This document shows, piece after piece, positions 60,277 through 64,000 of a stretch of DNA of 64,000 bases. The DNA is taken from contig CAVPZX010000001.1 of assembly GCA_963710375.1 (NCBI GenBank), positions 1 to 64,000 of the forward strand, read 5' to 3'. Each line of letters opens with the position of its first letter. The first letter of the stretch is position 1. The translations under genes and the position numbers were made by a program. This DNA comes from Nitrospirota bacterium. Its GTDB lineage: Bacteria > Nitrospirota > Thermodesulfovibrionia > Thermodesulfovibrionales > Dissulfurispiraceae. Under the pieces are notes generated by a model. The model had not been told where the DNA came from and made no database searches. It saw nothing but the letters and a program-made list of their open reading frames with translations.

Positions 60277-61551
60277 CTACTTCCTTCCTTTCCATGCAGG
60301 GAACGGCCAGACTACCGGTTTGGAAGCCGAGTCAAAAGGCCAGATCGTTACATATTCCTGATTTAGAATCTGCACAAGCGTTCCCCGCGCGTAAATGTTC
60401 TGGTGTGTTTGCGGGTCGAACTTGATCCCCTTCCATGGGTAGATAGTCTCGTTTCCCGGTATGTCAGTCTCATTGAGGGCTTTCACAATAGCTTCCGGAG
60501 CTGTGGACTTTGCCCGGTTGATGGCCTCGGCAAGGACAAATGGGGCCATAAAGCTACGGGCGGCGTTTTCACTCATGTCTATTCCGTATTTCTTTTTGAA
60601 AAGGGCGTTGACCTTGCCGACAAGCGGTTTTTTCTTTGCAAGGTCGAGTGCAAATGTCGAGCGGATAATTATGTAGTTGCCGTCAGCTTTTACCGCCGGC
60701 AGGTAGCCGGGTTCGATATAACCAGCCATAGTCATAATGCCTTTGGGTTGAAAGCCCATTTCCTTGAAAGTCTTGGTAAACAGAATGGCATCTGTGATAT
60801 AAGAAGCATGCATCAGCACGTCCGGTTTGCTTACGATTAGCTTGCCCACCTCGCTGGTCACGTCTGTTGCGTTTGCCGTGTATGCTATATCGGCAACCAC
60901 CTTATAACCGAACTCAGAGGCATATTTCTTGTAGGCCTTGCCGGCATTGGAGCCGAATTCAGTATTTTCGTAAAGCACAGCGATGTTATGAACTTTCTGT
61001 CCGGTCTTCTTTTCCAGGTCCTTCAGGAACTGGAACTGGTCCTTGGCAAAAATATCGTCGTGGGGGCTGACCCTGAAAAAGTACTTGTATCCCCTTTCAG
61101 TCAGTGTAGGAGAAGAAGAATCCGAGCATACGTATGGAATTCTCAGCCTTTCGGTAATCTGGCTGGCTGTTTTAGTTACAGCACTCTGGTAGGCGCCGAT
61201 CATCGCAACTGCACCTTCCGAGGTAATCAGTCTTTCAGCCTCGGACATTCCGTTTTTCGGGTCCCCTTTGGTATCGGCATATACAATCTCTATTTTTGCG
61301 CCGCCCAGGTTCGGCAGCCCAGCACTCTTTGCCAAGGGGAGATCAAGATCGTATTTACCGTTAATAATATCCACTGCCAGATCGACGCCCCTCTTGCAAT
61401 CCAGCCCGGTTGAGGCGATATTCCCGGTAAGGGGATAGACTGCGCCGATTTTGATGACTTTCTGCTGCGATTGAGCGGACACGGAAAAAAACATGATCAG
61501 TAATAACGATAATGCAACGGATAAAACTCTGAAATAATTTTTCGATGCCAT
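60277..61551 (-). CDS. LivK-like periplasmic substrate-binding protein
   Basis: Signal peptide, IKIGAVYPLTG, IGAYQSAVT, FFRVSP, YENTEFG. Confidence 0.9.
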   Translation of the reverse strand: MASKNYFRVLSVALSLLLIMFFSVSAQSQQKVIKIGAVYPLTGNIASTGLDCKRGVDLAVDIINGKYDLDLPLAKSAGLPNLGGAKIEIVYADTKGDPKNGMSEAERLITSEGAVAMIGAYQSAVTKTASQITERLRIPYVCSDSSSPTLTERGYKYFFRVSPHDDIFAKDQFQFLKDLEKKTGQKVHNIAVLYENTEFGSNAGKAYKKYASEFGYKVVADIAYTANATDVTSEVGKLIVSKPDVLMHASYITDAILFTKTFKEMGFQPKGIMTMAGYIEPGYLPAVKADGNYIIIRSTFALDLAKKKPLVGKVNALFKKKYGIDMSENAARSFMAPFVLAEAINRAKSTAPEAIVKALNETDIPGNETIYPWKGIKFDPQTHQNIYARGTLVQILNQEYVTIWPFDSASKPVVWPFPAWKGRK

Positions 61552-61686
61552 AACGTTTTTCCTCCTACTCAAATTTTTTCTGTTTCTGGAAAGGGCAGAA
61601 ACAATCGGTCTGTAAGGCACAGCGAAATTCAACGGTCGCCTGCTGTCGAAATTTTTTCATCGCTTAGAAAATACCACATAAATGTC

Positions 61687-61833
61687 TCAAAATACAATGC
61701 AGGGCAGTGTGCCGGCTACGCTTGCCGTTGCAGGGTAGTGTGCTCTCCGGGCTCTGGGGCAGCCCCGGAGCGCCATCACTATGATGACGGCTAAGATCAC
61801 CACTGCGACGATCAGTTTTTTGATTTTCATCAT
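61687..61833 (-). CDS. Possible small membrane or secreted peptide
   Basis: 48 aa MMKIKKLIVAVVILAVIIVMALRGC..., basic N-terminus plus hydrophobic helix; below the ORF track cut-off. Confidence 0.4.
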   Translation of the reverse strand: MMKIKKLIVAVVILAVIIVMALRGCPRARRAHYPATASVAGTLPCIVF

Positions 61834-61928
61834 CCGGACTTCTTAGGTAGTTTTTATATATAATTATGCTATATTTCTTTCTGTATTATATAGATGCTTA
61901 ATAATATATTGAGAGGGACGGGATATTT

Positions 61929-63122
61929 ATGGGAGCACTCGCTTTTTCGCACATAAAGGAAACTTACGAACATCTTTTACCATATATCCATAAAACACCG
62001 CTGGTCTTTTCCAATTCATTGAGTGAAATGTTCGGTGCGGAGATATACCTGAAGGCCGAAAATCTTCAAAAAACGGGCTCATTTAAAGTCCGCGGGGCTT
62101 TCAGCAAATTATCCAGCCTTAAACCGGAGACAAAGATAGTAGCTGCCTCAATGGGTAATCATGCGCAAGGTGTTGCATTCGCAGCCAGAAGCCTCGGCAT
62201 GAAGGCAACCATTGTAATGCCATTACAGGCTTCATTGGTTAAGCAGGAGGCGTCAAAAGGGTACGGCGCGAAAGTTATTTTGCATGGCGAATCCCTCATC
62301 GATGCCCTTAATTACGCGCATTCCCTTGAACAGCATGAATTTATTCACCCCTTCGACGATGACGCGGTTATAGCCGGCCAGGGAACTATCGGCATAGAGG
62401 TGCTGAGTGATTTGCCTGACGCGGATGTTGTACTTGTTCCTGTTGGAGGCGGCGGGCTTATTGCTGGCATGGCCCTCGCAATAAAATCACTTTCACCCGG
62501 CACTGAAGTAATTGGTGTTCAGACCGTCTCCGCACCTTCTGCATATGAGTCATTTCGCACTGGAAAGTTAAGCCAGGTCCAGATTCAGCCGACACTCGCT
62601 GATGGAATAGCGGTGGGCATGATAGGGACAAGGACTTTTGGAATGATAAAAGAATATGTCGACGACATTATTAAGGTAAAAGAGGAGTCGATTGCCCGGG
62701 CAGTCATACTTTGTCTTGAAAGAAAAAAATTAGTTGTTGAAGGCGCCGGCGCTGTCCCGCTTGCCGCTATTATTGAACAGGATGAAAGATTCAGAAAAAG
62801 GAAAGTAGTACTTGTCCTGAGCGGCGGGAACATTGATTTCACCATTATCGACAGAATAATCCGTAAAGGTCTCATTTCGAGCGGCAGGGTAGGCGTGTTT
62901 AAGGTGATTCTGGATGATATGCCCGGCAGGCTGCACCGGCTTACGGGAATTATCTCAGCCAAGGGCGGCAATATATTGAATGTCATGCATGACAGGCTGG
63001 TTCAGGATATTCCTTTCGGCAAAACCCTCGTCATACTAACGCTGGAGGCAAGGGGATTTGAGCATATCAAGGAGATGCATACTGCTATTATTGAAGCCGG
63101 GTTCACGCTTTATAAACATTGA
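61929..63122 (+). CDS. ilvA: Threonine ammonia-lyase (short form with one ACT domain)
   Basis: KAENLQKTGSFKVRGA, SMGNHAQG, HPFDD, PVGGGGL, SGGNID, DDMPGRL. Confidence 0.92.
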   Translation: MGALAFSHIKETYEHLLPYIHKTPLVFSNSLSEMFGAEIYLKAENLQKTGSFKVRGAFSKLSSLKPETKIVAASMGNHAQGVAFAARSLGMKATIVMPLQASLVKQEASKGYGAKVILHGESLIDALNYAHSLEQHEFIHPFDDDAVIAGQGTIGIEVLSDLPDADVVLVPVGGGGLIAGMALAIKSLSPGTEVIGVQTVSAPSAYESFRTGKLSQVQIQPTLADGIAVGMIGTRTFGMIKEYVDDIIKVKEESIARAVILCLERKKLVVEGAGAVPLAAIIEQDERFRKRKVVLVLSGGNIDFTIIDRIIRKGLISSGRVGVFKVILDDMPGRLHRLTGIISAKGGNILNVMHDRLVQDIPFGKTLVILTLEARGFEHIKEMHTAIIEAGFTLYKH

Positions 63123-63147
63123 CTTATTTTCTGAGGCGTGGTATAAA
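63119..63147 (+). promoter_or_regulatory. Sigma70 promoter with extended -10
   Basis: TTGACT-17 bp-TATAAA, with TG-n immediately before the -10 box. Confidence 0.6.
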
Positions 63148-63158
63148 AGTATCAAGAC

Positions 63159-63443
63159 ATGAATGATATAAGCAAGATACAAGGCATGCCATCAGTAACT
63201 CCGGAGGCCCAGAAACCTTCTGATCAGAAGGTTTCGAATGCCTTTAGTGAAGTATTGAATAACGTCTTGTACGCTGCTGCTAAGATTCAGGACGAAACTG
63301 CCAAATCTATTGAGAATATTCCTAGTATGGGAGTTGACAATATTAAGGTAGAGGTGGAAAAGGCCGGTGATGCCATGCACAGGATAATGCAGGCGCAGCA
63401 GAATCTGCTGAATGTATATAAAGCGGTCAACGAAAACCAATAG
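63159..63443 (+). CDS. Small helical protein, divergent FliE-like
   Basis: Low-complexity N-terminus, then FSEVLNN..IQDET..EKAGDAM..QAQQNLLNVY, resembling the FliE pattern. Confidence 0.5.
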   Translation: MNDISKIQGMPSVTPEAQKPSDQKVSNAFSEVLNNVLYAAAKIQDETAKSIENIPSMGVDNIKVEVEKAGDAMHRIMQAQQNLLNVYKAVNENQ

Positions 63444-63523
63444 TTCTTAAATCCCCCTCGGTTTGTCCCTGTAATTTTCTGTATGTTAAAGGTTAGGCAA
63501 TATAACAAGCGCTTTCAAATGGT

Positions 63524-64000
63524 TTAACTCTCCGGCACTATATCCCTTGTAGTGACCAGCACTATGCCCTGTCCAGGCCGGAGGTCGTATGAAAATGGCG
63601 CAGGAATATAGTCAAGGGCATATTCCGCGGAAACATCAGCCAGCGGCGCTCCTGCCTGAAGATATTTCTGCAGGTTTGTTGAAAAGAAATATTGTTTGTT
63701 GTAAATGTCTTTATTGAGTATGAGCATCGATTCTTCCTGTGAATGGGCTGATGCTTTCCACATAAGCAAAATATTAGGGTTGTCGTCATGCAGAATCTCT
63801 GTGGGGGCTTCTTCCTGAAATACGACATGGTCTGACTTGACCCTGTTGACGCTTGTTATGAAAGAAGTCAGGTCAATGCCTGTCTCTTCCCAATCTTCAG
63901 GTCTTGTATTTACCACGTGCAACTTCCTGCGGAAGCCAAATTCGAATCCCATGGGCATCATGACGCCCGCAGAGAACAAAGCAGAGAACAGGTAACGCTG
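63524..64000 (-). CDS. C-terminus of a GH13 alpha-amylase/GlgE-like protein (partial)
   Basis: QRYLFSALFSAGVMMPMGFEFG..DLTSFITSVNRVK..ILNKD..LRPGQG; frame is open to the window edge. Confidence 0.65.
   Translation of the reverse strand, partial: QRYLFSALFSAGVMMPMGFEFGFRRKLHVVNTRPEDWEETGIDLTSFITSVNRVKSDHVVFQEEAPTEILHDDNPNILLMWKASAHSQEESMLILNKDIYNKQYFFSTNLQKYLQAGAPLADVSAEYALDYIPAPFSYDLRPGQGIVLVTTRDIVPES

Overview
A mostly chromosomal 64 kb window from an anaerobe-type bacterium. Gene order and protein style suggest Nitrospirota/Desulfobacterota, which is an inference only. Housekeeping and transport genes include ilvC-psd-pssA-leuA, a frameshifted htpG, kup, an RNA-metabolism cluster (CvfB-like, MBL hydrolase, LOG, Rne/Rng), nadE, rsmI-nagZ-ampG, a LarA-family gene paired with glycerate kinase, an RpoD-like sigma factor, a liv-type ABC transporter and a threonine ammonia-lyase. 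There are also two hybrid histidine kinases, a BrnT/BrnA toxin-antitoxin pair and several gene remnants. No rRNA, tRNA, CRISPR array or intact transposase was seen. The strongest candidate for an undescribed system is a translationally coupled operon at 44241-49358: B12-binding corrinoid protein, MtaA/UroD-fold methyltransferase with an altered Zn motif, ASKHA/RACo corrinoid reactivator, soluble histidine kinase and response regulator. This reads as a putative cobalamin-based sensory module. Two other observations stand out: a pair of inverted 162-bp MITE-like elements with perfect 29-bp terminal repeats and palindromic flanks that bracket kup, and a family of intergenic hairpins built from 6-7-nt tandem repeats. 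The first ~2 kb (a 566-bp diverged tandem duplication plus homopolymer insertions) may be an assembly or sequencing artefact.
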